DNA of 61,396 nt from Mobula birostris (lineage: Eukaryota): NCBI RefSeq assembly GCF_030028105.1, contig NC_092376.1, positions 29,310,009 through 29,371,404 of the forward strand, read 5' to 3'. Below the pieces are notes generated by a model. That model saw only the letters and a list, made by a program, of their open reading frames with translations, did not search any database and was not told where the DNA came from. Positions 25,326-38,339 of this stretch are shown here, one piece after another. A program made the position numbers and the translations under genes. Every line of letters starts with the position of its first letter. Within the stretch, counting starts at the first letter, position 1.

Positions 25326-26639
25326 CCTCCTAGTATAGTTTACGTCAAGATCTGGGTTCATACAATCCAACAAGCAGCATGATTTATCCTCTGGAATATG
25401 ATAATTAACCACTCAATTGCAAACTGTTGTTGTATGTGAGTAACAGAAATCTCAATAATTGCTTTAATGAGCACTAATTTGTATTCCTAAAATATAAATA
25501 TACTTCTGCAAACTGTACTTGACTGAAGAATAATATTGTAATATAAGTTATGTGATATTCTTCCAAGGTTAAACAGAAAAACGCCTAAAACGTGAAAAGC
25601 CATAAGTATGAAACAAAAAGAACTCAGGCTAAACATGTTCCACAATGTTAATTAGGCTTCAGTGTTCCTTGTGTAATTTAGATTCAGGAGAAAGTTATAC
25701 AGAGGTTACAGAAGAGATTTATTAACCTGATACAAGGATTGCAAATCTTTGGTAAAGAAAAGAAAAACTAAAGAAAATAGGCCTTTTCATGAGCAAGAGG
25801 TGATTAAAGAGAAGTATGTTAGAGGGAGTTTCATACACTAAAAACTATTTCCACTGGTTAGTCATTAAACAGTTGTTGGTAAATTAAAAGTGATAATCGA
25901 ATGGCTTAGAGAATACTGTTCACACTGAGGATTGTTAGGGCATTGTATTTCCTATTGAAAACACTGGTGCAAGATAATTTGAAATGGCTTTAGCCAATGA
26001 AGAAAATGGTAAAGAATTTGGAAAAGGCGTAATGCTTAATCAATTATTACGCTGTAGCACTCTGACTTTTGTCATTAAGGATCACATGTCCATATCAGGG
26101 CCCACCTGGCTTTCCTTCTATCAAATAAATGGGAAGATAATTGGCAGATCTCTGTTGTGGGGACAAGAAATCTGCCCAGTTTTCTTTTTGAAGTCCCACC
26201 CAGCAGCGAGACAGCGGCCTTTTGCTATATGATGCCAAACACATTGTGATAGAGTAGCTTTCTGTTGCTCTGGTTAACTACATTATGCCATATTAAACTG
26301 TCCACAAGAACATCACATTCAGGCACAGTTCTATTCATTATTTTGTTTATCAAATGGAGGTTTTCTTAAGTGTCTGTGGATGCAAACAGTGTAAGTCGAA
26401 GTTTCGGGTCAAGACGGGGGAAAGACTGCCAGTATGCAGGAGAGTCATAGCACACCAGAGCATAGAAACAGGCCCTTCGACCCATCTAGTCTATGCCGAC
26501 CTCGTCTTCTGCCTAGTCCCATCTACCAGTGCAAGAGGAATGGTAGGACAGTGTTTAGCAGAACAAGTTGGAGAAGGGATGACAGGCAGATGAAACTACC
26601 TGTGGAGAGGTGGTCAGGACGATGAACAGGTCCAAATGA

Positions 26640-28255
26640 CCAGGTGCTGTCTCTTATCGTGTCTGATGTGAGGAGAACCCTGTGCAGGGTCAACCAATGA
26701 AAGGCTATTGGACCGGACAATATTCCTGGCAGAGTGCTTAGAGGATGTGCAGACCAGCTAGCAGATATTCTCACTGACATCTTCAACATCTCCCTGAGCA
26801 GCGCCGTCGTTCCTACGTGCTTCAAGGCTGCCACCATCGTCCCCGTGCCGAAGAAGTCTTCAGTGTCCTGCCTCAACGAGTACCGTCCCGTTGCTCTCAC
26901 ATCCATCATCATGAAGTGTTTTGAGAGGCTTGTCATGAGGCACCTCAAGACCCTGCTCTCCCCCTCACTGGACCCCCCGTAGTTTGCGTACCGTCCCAAC
27001 TGTTCAACAGGCGACGCCATTGCCATCACCCTCCACCTGGACAAAAAAGACACATATGTTCGAATGCTGTTCATAGACTTCAGTTCAGCATTCAACACAA
27101 TCATTCCTCAGAAACTGATTGGAAAGCTGAGCCTACTGGGCCTGAACACCTCCCTCTGCAACTGGATCCTAGACTTCCTGACTGGGAGACCTCAGTCAGT
27201 CCAGATCGGGAGCAGCATCTCCAACACCATCACACTGAGCACGGGGTCCCCCCAGGGCTGTGTGTTCAGTCCACTGCTGTTCACTCTGCTGACCCACGAC
27301 GGTGCTGCGACACACAGCTCGAACCACATCATCAAGTTAACCGATGACACGACCGTGGTGGGTCTCATCAGCAAGAATGATGAGTCGGCATACAGTGAGG
27401 AGGTGCAGCGGCTAATGGACTGGTGCAGAGCCAGCAACCTGTCTCTGAATGTGAACAAAACAAAAGAGATGGTTGTTGACTTCAGAAGGACACGGGACGA
27501 CCACTCTCTGCTGAACATTGACAACTCCTCCGTTGAGATCGTTAACAGCACCAAATTTCTTGGTGTTCACCTGGCGAAGAATCTCACCTGGTCCCTCAAC
27601 ACCAGCTCCATAGCAAAGAAAGCCCAGCAGTGTCTCTACTTTCTGCGAAGGCTGAGAAAAGTCCATCTCCCACCTCCCATCCTCATCACATTCTACAGAG
27701 CTCATATTGAGAGCATCCTGAGCAGCTGCATTACGGTCTGGTTCGGAAATTGCACCATCTCAGATTGCAAGACCCTGCAGCGGATAGTGAGGTCAGCTGA
27801 GAAAATCATCGGGGTCTCTCTTCCCGCTATTACAGACATTAACACCACATGTTGCATCCGTAAAGCAAACAGCATTATGAAGGACCCCATGCACCCCTCA
27901 TACAAACTCTTCTCCCTCCTGCCATCTGGCAAAAGGCACCAAAGCATTCGGGCTCTCACGACCAGACTGTGTAACAGTTTCTTCCCCCAAGCCATCAGAC
28001 TCCACAATACCCAGAGCCTGGACTGACACCAACCTACTGTCCTCTACTGTGCCTATTGTTTTGTTTATTATTTATTGTAATGCCTGCACTGTTTTGTGCA
28101 CTTTATGCAGTCCTGGGTAGGTCTGTAGTCTAGTGTAGTTTTTGTATTGTTTCATGTAGCACCATGGTCCTGAAAAACATTGTCTCATTTTTACTGTGTA
28201 CTGTACCAGCAATTATGGTCGAAATGACAATAAAAAGTGACTTGACTTGACTTGA
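26640..28255 (+). mobile_element. Rex1/Babar-type LINE, 5'-truncated, relatively young
   Basis: ORFs 26734..26982 ([30 protein letters not shown]) and 27064..28026. Ends with AATAAAAAG and a (TGACT)n tail. Confidence 0.95.
27064..28026 (+). pseudogene. Reverse transcriptase ORF remnant (320 aa) of a Rex1/Babar-type LINE
   Basis: Contains [31 protein letters not shown] and KFLGVHL. The upstream part is separated by a stop codon, so this is not a full-length ORF2. Confidence 0.9.
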
Positions 28256-28299
28256 ACAAAGGGAAAATAAAATGAGGTGGACAGGTGAGTGTGTGTGGG

Positions 28300-29135
28300 A
28301 TGAGAGCACCAAGGATGTGGTTACTTTAAACTGGAAAATTCAATGTTCACACTATTGGATTTTAAGCTACCCAAATGGCATATTAGATGTTGTTCTTCCA
28401 GTTTGTGATTGGTCTCTTTGTAGAAATGGATGAGATAGAAGACACTCAGGTCAGCTGGGAATGAAAAGAGTTAAAATGACCAGCACCTGGAAGTGAGAGA
28501 GGGCCGTTATAGGCAGTGTGTGGGGGGGGGGTTCTGCAACACAGTCACCTAGCCTATGCTTGATATCACTCATGTAGAAAAGACCACATTGTGAACACCA
28601 AATGCAATAGCTCAGGCAGCAGTAGTCTGCTTCACTTGCAGGGGCTGTTAAGTTCCCTGGATGGTGGAAGTGAAGAGCCAGGTTTTGTTGCTTCTTCATA
28701 TGCAGGGAAAATGATGGGGACAGGAATTGACAGGGTTGAAGGGTTGGGTCAACTAAGGAATTTTAAACAGAAATTCACCAGTCTCCCCATTCAACACACC
28801 AACTTCTGCCATTTGGCCAGATGCAGCATGATCTCCTCACCAGTCATATCTTCCCATGTCCCCAACTTTCTGGCTTCAACCATCACCTCCCAGCCTTTGT
28901 CCCAACACAATTCCTCACCTGATTCCATCTTCCCATCATTCCCATCACTTCCTGCTATCACTAGGCCCAGTCACACTCCCTTCACACTGCTGCATACTTG
29001 TAGTTCCTCCTGTTCCTTCCCAGTCCTGATACAGGTTTTCTGCCCAAAATGTCGACTTACATGTTTTGTGTTTACTGGTGCTGCTTGACTGTTGTGTTCT
29101 TCCACTGTTCTCTGTTTCTGTTCCTGATTCCTGAA
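28300..29135. mobile_element. Penelope fragments in opposite orientations (GIY-YIG on the minus strand; tail and terminal repeat on the plus strand)
   Basis: ORF 28451..28699 has YCIWCSQCGLFYMSDIKHRLGD. The plus strand has CAGTCCTGATACAGG..GCCCAAAATGTCGACT at about 29021. Confidence 0.7.
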
Positions 29136-29691
29136 TGTTTAACTTTTCTTAGCTCTTCCAGCAATTTAAAAATTAATTGAAGACGTAGAATGAATGAGGA
29201 TTTTCTTTTATCTTTTAACATCCCTGTTTATTATTTGTGAGAGATAGTTGGTGATGGTAGTTGAGCAGGGGGAGGTGGGGAGTGGGGAGGTTATTTGAAT
29301 ATCAGGCTGGCTGGAGATGAGAGATGATGGTCTACCAGCTAGTGCTGACATGCTATGATAAACCTGACAGGCCATGATTAGGAGGTGATCATTTCGCAAT
29401 CATTAATAAAACCACTGTACAAATTCAAAAGTAATTAAGTTGAATTCTGATGAATTATATTTGGCTTATTGTTATGTGTTAGTAATTTCCATATTGTGTA
29501 TATTGTGAGCCCTGCTCAGTAATTCAAACACTTTCTGCTTAATAACAGGGAGCAAAGCCAAAGGAGAATGAAAAGTATTCCTTAAGGCTACAAAAATTAT
29601 TCAGTAAAGGGAGTCACTGAATGTAGAGGGTGAAGTGGGATGATGAATCATCTGACCTCTGCAAGAACTTATGTCCTATGATCAATTTTGA

Positions 29692-30261
29692 TTCACAATT
29701 GACCACTTTATTTTAAACCTGTACGCCTGTTCATTAACGAAAATATCTAAGGAGCCAATTATGTGGCGGCAACTCAATACATAAAAGCATAAAGACATGG
29801 TCAAGAAGTTCAGTTGTTGTTTAGACCAAACCTCAGAATGGGGAAGAAATGTGATCTAAATGACTTTGACCGTCGAACGATCGTTGGTGCCAGACAGGAT
29901 GTTTTGAATATCTCAAAAAATACTGATCTCCCGGGATGTTCATGCACAACGGCCTTTAGAGTTTATAGAGAGTGGTGTGAAACAGGAAAAACATCCAGTG
30001 AGCAGCAGTTCTGTTAGTGAAAACACCTTGTTAATGAGACAGGTCAGAGGAGACTGCTCAGACTTGTCTAAGCTGTCAGGAAGGCGACAGTAACTCAGAT
30101 AACTACATGTTACAACAGTGGTGCGCAGAAGAGCATCTCTGAACACACAACATGCCGCACTTTGAAATGGATGGGCTATAGCAGCAGAAGATGACAAACA
30201 TACTGGACTATACTGTACGCAGGGGCCAATTTATTAGCTACAGAATATGCCTAATAAAGTC
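29692..30261 (+). mobile_element. Tc1-family non-autonomous element
   Basis: MGKKCDLNDFDRRTIVGARQ..RVYREWCE..KTSSEQQFC, with degenerate TIRs (GACCACTTTATT / AATAAAGT). Confidence 0.88.
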
Positions 30262-32340
30262 CTGAAACAGCTGGGTACTGGAATGGTCAAATGAAGCCGT
30301 GCAGTGGTGCTTCGGTGATGTAGTCTCGGGATGGGGGGAGCGAGGCAGATGAGTTTGGGGAGGGGTGGTGCTCGGGAGGAGGTTGATCACGCATTTGCGT
30401 GGTCTGTGAGGTGGTAGCATGCTGGCTTCCCTTTTACAGAAGGCAAAGGCTAGGTCATGGTATTCCAGTGGGAGCTTGGTGAGGTCAAGGATTTGCTTCC
30501 TCTCCATGGATTTATGGGGTGAAGTCAACTGGGCAGCAGGCAGGTGGCCTTAGCAGTGAACTGGCTGACCAGGTGAAGCGAGGGTTGTGAGTGGAGAGCC
30601 GGGGTAACTCAAGATGAGAGGAATGTTGGGCGAGTCAATGAGGAGGAAATGGATGGTGCTCTCAAATGCTCATGAGCACGGGCTGTTTGTGTGCTCCGAC
30701 CATCCCAGACCCTAAGGGCGTCATCGATGGCCGCGATGCAGAAGGGGTGAGAGACAGGCTCGGTAGGAAGTCCCAGCTCTATCTGGTGGCTGTGGTTCTC
30801 AGATGCGGTGTGCATTTGAGGTGGCGGTGGTCAGCTGCTCCACAGTAGGTGCACAGGAGAGTTGGTGGGAGAGTAGGAGAGTTGGTGGTTTCTCACACTC
30901 TTGGGTCGCTGAGGGAGCTCTCCCTAGCTACGTGCGTTCTGGAAGCATGGTCGATGAGGGTCCTGCGGCCTGGAGCTGTTCTGCTGACAGAACCGCGGTT
31001 CCAGCTGACAACCTGTAGGGTCGTTCCATAAGATGCTTGTCAATACAGAAGGCCGGAGCGATGAGGCCTCGTGATGGGTGGGTACCTCCCAGGTTGACAG
31101 CTCAGCTTTCAAACGCTGCAAGAGGCCATGATGGTAATGGGCCAGCAGTGTTTCTGCATTCCAGCTGCACTCCGCCATGCGGGTCCTGAATTCAACGGTA
31201 TAATCCAGCACTGAGTATCTGATCTGGTGCCTCCCTTCTAATTCCCGCATGGCTAAAACCCAGCACATCTCAGCGCTGAAATCCTCATAGCTGTTGCAAA
31301 TGAGGGTCTTAATGTCCCAGTTAGCAGTGGCTCTCACCTAGTCAAGAGAGAGATGACGAAAGCAGTCTTGGCTCAGTCCATAGAATACAGAGACGGATGG
31401 AGCTCGAAGCGTAAGATGCACTGAGACAGGAAGTTGCGTAGAGGGTTGGGGAACTGTCAAAGGGTTCAGGCACCAGAATTCGGGTTTCCAAAGGAGGAGG
31501 TTGACTGGTTGGTGCTGGGTTGCTGTATTGAGATGGAGAGTTGGTTGAGAGTGGAGAGCAGATGGTCAAGGGTTTCCTGCTGCTTCTGGATCATGTGCTC
31601 ATGTCGATGGATGACTTCCATTTGACGAGCAAATCTGCTGCATCAGTTGAAGGTTCACTCATCCTGTCTGGAAATGTAGAGGAGGCTTAACTCAAAATGT
31701 TTCCTATGGTGCAAGTGTCTAAGACCAGAGGACACAGCCGCAGAATAGAGGGGTGTCATTTTAGAACGGAGGTGAAGAGGAATTTCTTTAGCCAGAGTGG
31801 TGAACCTGTGGAATTCATTGCTACAGGCAGCTGTGAAGTCCAAGTCTTAATGTATATTTAAGGCAGAGGTAGATAGGTTTTTGATTTGTCAGGGCATGAA
31901 GGGATACAGGGGTAGGGGGGAAGGCTGGAGATTGGGGCTGAGAGGAAAAGTGGTTCAGCCATGATGAAATGGCAGAACAGACTCGATGGGCCAAATGGCC
32001 TAATTCTGCTCCTATATCTTATGGCCTTATGATCTTAAAAGCAGAGAAGTGGAGACAACTTAGTGGTGAGTGATTACTAATAATAAACTTCAAAATAATA
32101 AGCTATGAGGGGCCATTAATAAGAGAGAACAGGTACTAAACACTACAGGCATCAAGGTAATTGAAGGCTAGAAGCAGCTGATTGAGGCTGGGTGGTTCGA
32201 TGGGTGAACATGGACTGTTGATGAGAGCTAGGTGATGAACAGGTTTGAACAGGCTGCAGATGATGAGCTGGAAATGAATGATAGATGACACCTGTTAGCT
32301 AGATGGAGACTGGGAGGTGCCTGCCTGTGCTGACCTGACA
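30262..32340 (-). mobile_element. Ty3/Gypsy (sushi/Tf-like) LTR retrotransposon remnant: LTR, gag with CCHC knuckle, start of pol
   Basis: Gag-like SVLDYTVEFRT..AECSWNAETL..YHHGL..RLKAEL, zinc knuckle CTYCGAADHRHLKC at about 30810-30855, and pol-like PLEYHDL..F.K..A..LPPHRP..CVINLLP. A putative LTR at about 31666-32340 starts TGTCA on the minus strand and contains a CR1 insertion. Confidence 0.82.
31697..32036 (+). mobile_element. CR1 3' end inserted in the putative Gypsy LTR
   Basis: Paralogous to 10505-10840. Confidence 0.9.
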
Positions 32341-32827
32341 CAATTTGCCCCAAACCAAGTCATGCTGACTATCCCTAATACTGTTCCAAAGAACCTTCTT
32401 CAATAACTTAAACTGATATCTGCATATTTAACTATCGGCAATGATTAAGAAATGTTTTTACGTTATGAATTGCTACATGTTTATCATTTATTTAAAATAT
32501 TGAAGTTTTTTACAGTTTGGGCGATGATCTTTGCACTCTCACAGGCTCCAGGTGTAGCACCAGATGACTGGAGGGTGGCAAGTGCTATCCCTTTGTTTAA
32601 GAAAGGAAGTAGGGACAACCCAGAGAATACTATACCAGTGACTCTTATTTCAGTAATGGGCAAACTATTGGAGAAGATTTTTAAAGACAGCATTCATGAG
32701 CATTTGCAGAAGCATGGTCTGATTAGGGATAGTCAGCCCGGCTTTGTGAGTGGCAAGTCAGGTCTCTTGGACCTGATGAAATTTCTTCAGGATGTGACAA
32801 AGCACATTGATGAAGGCAGAACAGTGG

Positions 32828-33640
32828 AATCAGAATCAGAATCAGGTTTATTATCACCGGCATGTGTCATGAAATTTGTTAACTTAGCAGCAGCAGTTCA
32901 ATGCCATACGTGATACAGAAGAAGAAGAAAATAATAATAAATAAATAAATTACAGTATACATATATTGAATAGATGAAAAATCATGCAAAAACAGAAATT
33001 ATATATATTAAGAAAGTGAGGTAGTGTTCACAGGTTCAATGTCCATTTAGGAATCAGATGGCAGAGGGGAAGACGTTTTCCTGAATTGCTGTGAGACCAA
33101 TTGCTGAATTGCTGATCCGCTCCTTGAAGATGGCCTGGGTACTTTGTAGGCTGGTACCCAAGATGGAGCTGACTAAATTTAGGGCCTTCTGCAGCTGCTT
33201 TCGGTCCTGTGCAGTAGCAATCCCCCCCCACCCCCACACCAGACAGTGATGCAGCCTGTCAGAATGCTCTCCATGGTACAACTATAGAAGTTTTTGAGTG
33301 TATTTGTTGACATGCCCAATCTCTTCAAACTCCTAATGAAGTGTAGCCACTGTCCTGCCTTCTTTATAACTACATCGATATGTTGGGACCAGGTTAGATC
33401 CTCAGAGATCTTGACACCCAAGAACTTGCAACTGCACACTCTCTCCACTTCTGATCCCTCTATGAGGATTGGTATGTGTTCCTTCATCTTACCCTTCCTG
33501 AAGTCCACAATCAGCTCTTTCGTCTTACTGATGATTGAGTGGAAGGTTGTTGCTGTGACACCACTCCACTAGTTGGCATATCTCACGCCCTCTCGTCTCC
33601 ATCTGAGATTCTACCAACAATGGTTGTATCATCAGTAAAC
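32828..33640 (-). mobile_element. Rex1/Babar-type LINE 3' part nested in CR1
   Basis: ORF 33179..33508 has DFRK..VERV..KFLGVKISEDLTWSQH. (TGATTC)n tail at 32828-32845. Confidence 0.9.
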
Positions 33641-34272
33641 GTGGTGTACTAGTAAAGCATCTGATAAGATTTCCCACGGCAGGCTCATTCAGAAGGTCAG
33701 GAAGCATGGGATCCAGGGAAACTTGGCTGTGCGGATTCAGAATTGGCTTGTGCAGAGAAGGCAGAGAGTGGTTGCATTCTGCCTGGAGATCGGTGATCAA
33801 TGATGTTCTGCAGGGGTGTATTCTGGGACTCCTGCTCCTCGTGATTTTTTTGTAAAGGATTTGGAAAAGAACGTGAATGTAGTTATTAAGTGTGCAGATA
33901 ACGTGAAGGTTGGTGGAGATTTGGACAGTGCAGAAGGTTGTCATGGGATATTGACAGGATACAGAGTTGGGCTGAGAAGTGGTAGATATGGTTCAACCTG
34001 GAGAAGTGCGAAAGTGATTCACTTTGGAAGGTTGGACTTGAAAGCAGAACTACAGGGTTAGTGACATGATTCTTGGTAGCGTGGAGGAACAGGGGGATTT
34101 TGCAGTTCACATCCACAGATCCCTCAAAGTTGCTGCGTGAGTTGATAGGGTGGTTAAGAATGCAGATAGTATTTTGTCCTTCATTAGTTGGGAAAATTTA
34201 GTTCAAAAATCACAAGGTAACTTTGCAGCTCTGGTTACTGGTTACACCACACTTGGAATATTGTGTTCAGTT

Positions 34273-35086
34273 AGCGGAGGCGGTGCGGAGGGATAATGGC
34301 GCTAAACAGCAACTCCTTTGCTTGCATCTTCAGAAACAGCTCTATTTCCATCTTTAATATCTCTACTTTTCCCTTTCAGGGTTTTTTTGAAGACCCTGAC
34401 CTGGAGTGACACACAGACTTTGGTTCTTTGCCAGAATGGGATCCACTCTCGGGGTTTCATGACTGGCTATGGTTCGGCACCCCGAGGGCTCAGCCTAAGA
34501 GTCCGGCTCGGCTTTGGAGGCCTGGGCTCTCGGAGCTCTGGAGATGGGCGTATCGAGGGTCAGTGTCACGGCAGAGGACCCGTGTGTCATTGGGGGAGTC
34601 GGAGTATCTGTGGCTGTGTGCCCAGACACTCGAGGTCTTTGGGCACGGAGCTCGAGAAAAGCTATGTAACGGACTTTTAACATCGTAAATCAGCGAGTTG
34701 TTTGTTATATCTTCCCTTTCGCTGTGAGGATGGAGACACCTCTTTCTCTCTTATTAGGAAGAGAGCGAGCCAGTGGTATGTCGAATACCGGGTGAACAAT
34801 GTAGTCTTTGGGGGTCTGTGTCTTTGCTGTTGCTTTGCTCACACTTGAGTGCTCAGTGGCAGTGCGGATGCTTTTTTTTGCCGGTGGGGGAGGGGGGATC
34901 GTTGCTTGCTGCTGTTTATGCGCGGGAGGGAGGGGAGCTTGGGGGGACTTTGGGCTTCTAACATTTAACTCTCGTTCATTCTTTGCGGCACTCCTCTGTT
35001 TTCATGGATGGATGTGAAGAAAAAGAATTTCAGGATGTATATTGTATACTTTTCTCTGACATTAAATGTACCTTTGAAACCTTTGA
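34273..35086 (+). mobile_element. About 810 bp non-coding non-autonomous retroelement with a Rex-like tail, nested in CR1
   Basis: Interrupts the CR1 sequence TGTGTTCAGTT|CTG with an apparent AGTT duplication. CpG-rich 5' end; tail ATTAAATGTACCTTTGAAACCTTTGA. A partial copy lies at 56958-57310 (-). Confidence 0.75.
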
Positions 35087-35988
35087 GTTCTGATCGCCTC
35101 ATTGTAGGGAGGATATAGAGGGTGCAGAGGAGATTTACCAGGATGCTTCCTGGATTAGAAAGCAAGGTTGAGTGAGCTAGGGCTTTTCTATTCGGAACAA
35201 ACAGGATTAGGGGTGACTGAACAGTGGTGTATAAGACGACAAGAAGCATCGATTGAGTGGACATCCAGAGACTCTTTCCCAGGATGGAAGTGGCTAATAG
35301 GAGGGGGCATATCAGAGGTAAGTTCTTTTCTCTGCTTGGTAGAGGCAGATACATTATGGGCTTAAAAGAAACTCATAGTTAAGTACATGAATATCAAAAA
35401 ATGGAGGACTATATAGGAGGGAAGGGTTAGATTGATCTTCGAGTAGGTTAAATTGTCCACACAACATGGTGGGCTGAAGGGCCTGTGCTGTGTAGTAGTA
35501 TTCTATGTTCTATGTTTTAGCTTTCAGATCTAAATTCTATTCTTTAATTGTAGATTTCTGGAGTAATAATGTCTTATTTCTATCCCCTTCCCCTTATCTT
35601 CCCAGTTTCTAGGCTGAGCTATTTTTTCTACTGATTATGGATGAATAAAACTGCAGTTGTTGGAAGGTTTAGCAGTTGGGTAACTTGAATTTCTCTTCCG
35701 CTTCTCATTGCCAAATCTAATCTCTAACACTGGAATGATTCTGTCTTGAGTGAAATGACAGGTGCTTTAGGATACATCACTGTGCAGAGCACCTACCGAT
35801 CTAGCTGTGGGCAACATGCTGTTTGGCTGAGGACCAGACATTGCATCATAATTATGGTCCATTATGCATTAAGGTTATAAATGGCAGCATCGCTTCTAAT
35901 CAGTCAAGTAATAAAGGCAGGTGACAAAAAAATCTAAATTTCAAATAAAGAGAAATCACAACTTTAGCATAATTTAGCTGCATATTTT

Positions 35989-36001
35989 GTTGCTTAGCAA
36001 C
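35989..36001. promoter_or_regulatory. RFX X-box-like palindrome
   Basis: GTTGCTTAGCAAC, located in a repeat-free island. Confidence 0.3.
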
Positions 36002-36048
36002 CTGGAGCTCCTGGCTGCAGATTTGAAATGTTTGTTTTTTTTACCCAG

Positions 36049-36117
36049 GGGCTGGTTTAGACTGATGGTGATTATCCTCCTTTTCTCTACTGCAGGGTAT
36101 TTAATAGATGGTATGAG
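36049..36117 (+). other. Candidate short exon (69 nt, or 22 nt from 36096)
   Basis: Acceptors TTTGTTTTTTTTACCCAG and TCCTCCTTTTCTCTACTGCAG; donor GAG|GTAAGC. One open frame, GWFRLMVIILLFSTAGYLIDGM. No homology recognised. Confidence 0.3.
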
Positions 36118-36134
36118 GTAAGCAATCTCAGTCT

Positions 36135-36275
36135 TACACAAAACGCCTTGCAAAATACTCAGCAGATCATGCTGAATCAGTGGAACAGATACAGTGTTAG
36201 TGTTTCAGATTGAAGACCCTTCATCAGAACGATTTCCAGTATTTTCTATTTTAATTTTTAATTTCAAGCTTCTGG
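36135..36275 (-). mobile_element. Degenerate Penelope-type terminal repeat
   Basis: Minus strand reads GTTCTGATGAAGGGTCTTCAATCTGAAACACTAAC. Confidence 0.6.
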
Positions 36276-36929
36276 ATTTTGTTTTAATTTTCACTTTCTG
36301 AGAGTTATTTGATTTTTGAGAACTTAGTGATTCCACCACACACAAATGACTTGAGCTGAACAATTCATATACTCATAGGGAGTTACCACACAGAGGAGGC
36401 AATTTGGGCAATTGTAATTGAGCCAGTCAAGGAAGACACTTTCAGTCCAATCAACTTCTCATATCTTGATCAGTGCACTTAATACTCACTTAAAAGCACA
36501 TCCAAGTATTTTTTACATCTGATGTCTTTGTTTCCCCTTTCAAAATGTTGGTTATAAATACCACTATTCTTTGGATGAAAAGAATCTCTACAGTTTCCCT
36601 TTAATCCTTCAATAAATTACAATAATTTCTAAGCAATATCTCCCTGTTAAGGAAAATAGATTCTTTCTATCCATTCTATCACATCCTACCTACAAAGATG
36701 AGAACTATAAGTACTACGAGAGCGTTCCGTGTGAGAATCAAGAAAAAATAAATCTTTATTAACCAAATAATTTTACATAGGTACAGAATATCAGAGAAAG
36801 TGCATTTTCTTCTCCAACTTTTTGCCTTTAAAATTTCTTTCAGTAATACTAATATAAAGTGACATAGTACATACACATAGTTCCTCAGACACCTTCAGCC
36901 CTCAGATATCTAAGTCTCAGTATGAATAT

Positions 36930-37141
36930 GCTGTTGTTGTTCCTTTTTGTGCCTTGAGGCACTTTGGGTGGCAATTTTTTGCCGTTTCCTTAGGATTTGG
37001 ATGTTTTTTTTTATGAGGCCAAGTTGCTAACTTGGTGCTCAAACCAGCATGGATGGAAAGCATGCAAGGGGCCGGCTGGATTCAAACCTGGGACCATTGG
37101 CCTCGAAGTCCAGTGCTGATGCCACTACACCACCAGCTGGC
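36930..37141 (-). mobile_element. tRNA-derived SINE with (CAA)n tail
   Basis: Same head as 2500-2622 (TGGTGTAGTGGCATCAGCAC..GGTTTGAATCC). Confidence 0.72.
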
Positions 37142-38339
37142 AGTTAGTTTGAATATGTAAACACTTCAATGATTAGAGATGAGCATATACTTAATTATGT
37201 TAAAAGTGGACTCAATAATAATAATAAAAATGAAAATGATAGGGATATAACTATTCTAGTAATATCCATTTTTGCTACCATTTTGGATGCTCCCTCAAAT
37301 CTTTCCGCTTTGCAGAAACAAGAATTTTCTTTCTCAGCTTGGATGGCAGTACACAAAGAATTGTGACTGAAATAGAGAAAGTTCTTAATTTTAACAAGGT
37401 TTTAACAAGAGATTAAATAATTTAACTCTGATTTTAACAAGAGATTGAAAGAACAATACAAATAAATTAGCAGCCATTTTCTTTTCCTCAGAATACTCTG
37501 GATATTTCTTTCAGCACATAATGCTGTACAGGCCTTCCCTGAGTTATGATTGCTGGAATTATGGACACCCGCATATAACAACAAACTTCCGTAACTGTTT
37601 AATTCAAAAGTCCAACATACGTACATATGTGCATTCCTACAAACAGCAAAACTAGTTTCCTCACTCTTTTTCCACTTTTAATAATTGTAATTGTTCTTTC
37701 TTATCAGTCATGTGATTTTGATGCCATTCTTTGCAATACTGTGGGGGTAAATTGTTACCATATTGAGTGATTTTTAATGTATTTTCTGACTTACAAATAA
37801 AATCACTTGTATAAATAAAACTTGTTCATATATATAGCAATATTTTGTAACTAGAAAAGGGAGAAAAATATCATTTTTTCTGGATTCCACCCACCCCACA
37901 AAATCTAGGAAACACCATGCATCAAAGTTTGATCTGTAGTAATAGACTCGGAATTATTGATTCTTATGTTGCTTTTGTGTATACTGAAAGGTTATAACAA
38001 TATCAAGGATGAAAAATTTCAGTTATACAGAGAGTTTCACTGAAACAAAGCAACCTAGGAGGAAACTTAATTATGGTTATTAAAATTACTATCTAAAATA
38101 AATTACAAGGGTTATTGTTGTCTCGTCTGGGAGTAAGTGGTGAAGAATCAGTTAAAGTAGTCACTAGGAGAGTAAATCCAGTAAATAAAATAAGAATAAC
38201 TAACTTCTGGAGGACTTAAGTTAACAAGTTTATTGTAGAAATGTGTGTAGAAATTTTGGTAGGATAAGGATAAGGGAATGCAATATTAACAAAATGATAC
38301 AATTTTAAAGGAAATACGTCAAGCAGAGAGAATAATATA

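Larger units (their letters stand above)
32520..35517 (+). mobile_element. CR1 LINE (RT to 3' UTR) carrying two nested insertions
   Basis: PDDWRVASAIPLFKKGSRDNP..QPGFVSGKS. It resumes at about 33640 and again at about 35087. Tail TTCTATGTTCTATGTT. Confidence 0.88.

Noticed and set aside
26523-28007. Several antisense ORFs of 100-190 aa
   Set aside because: They are shadow frames of the LINE RT on the opposite strand.
37527-37820. Possible old Tigger-like MITE (TA|CAGGCCTTCCCTGAGTTATGA)
   Set aside because: The second TIR and TSD could not be found, so it is too degenerate to call.
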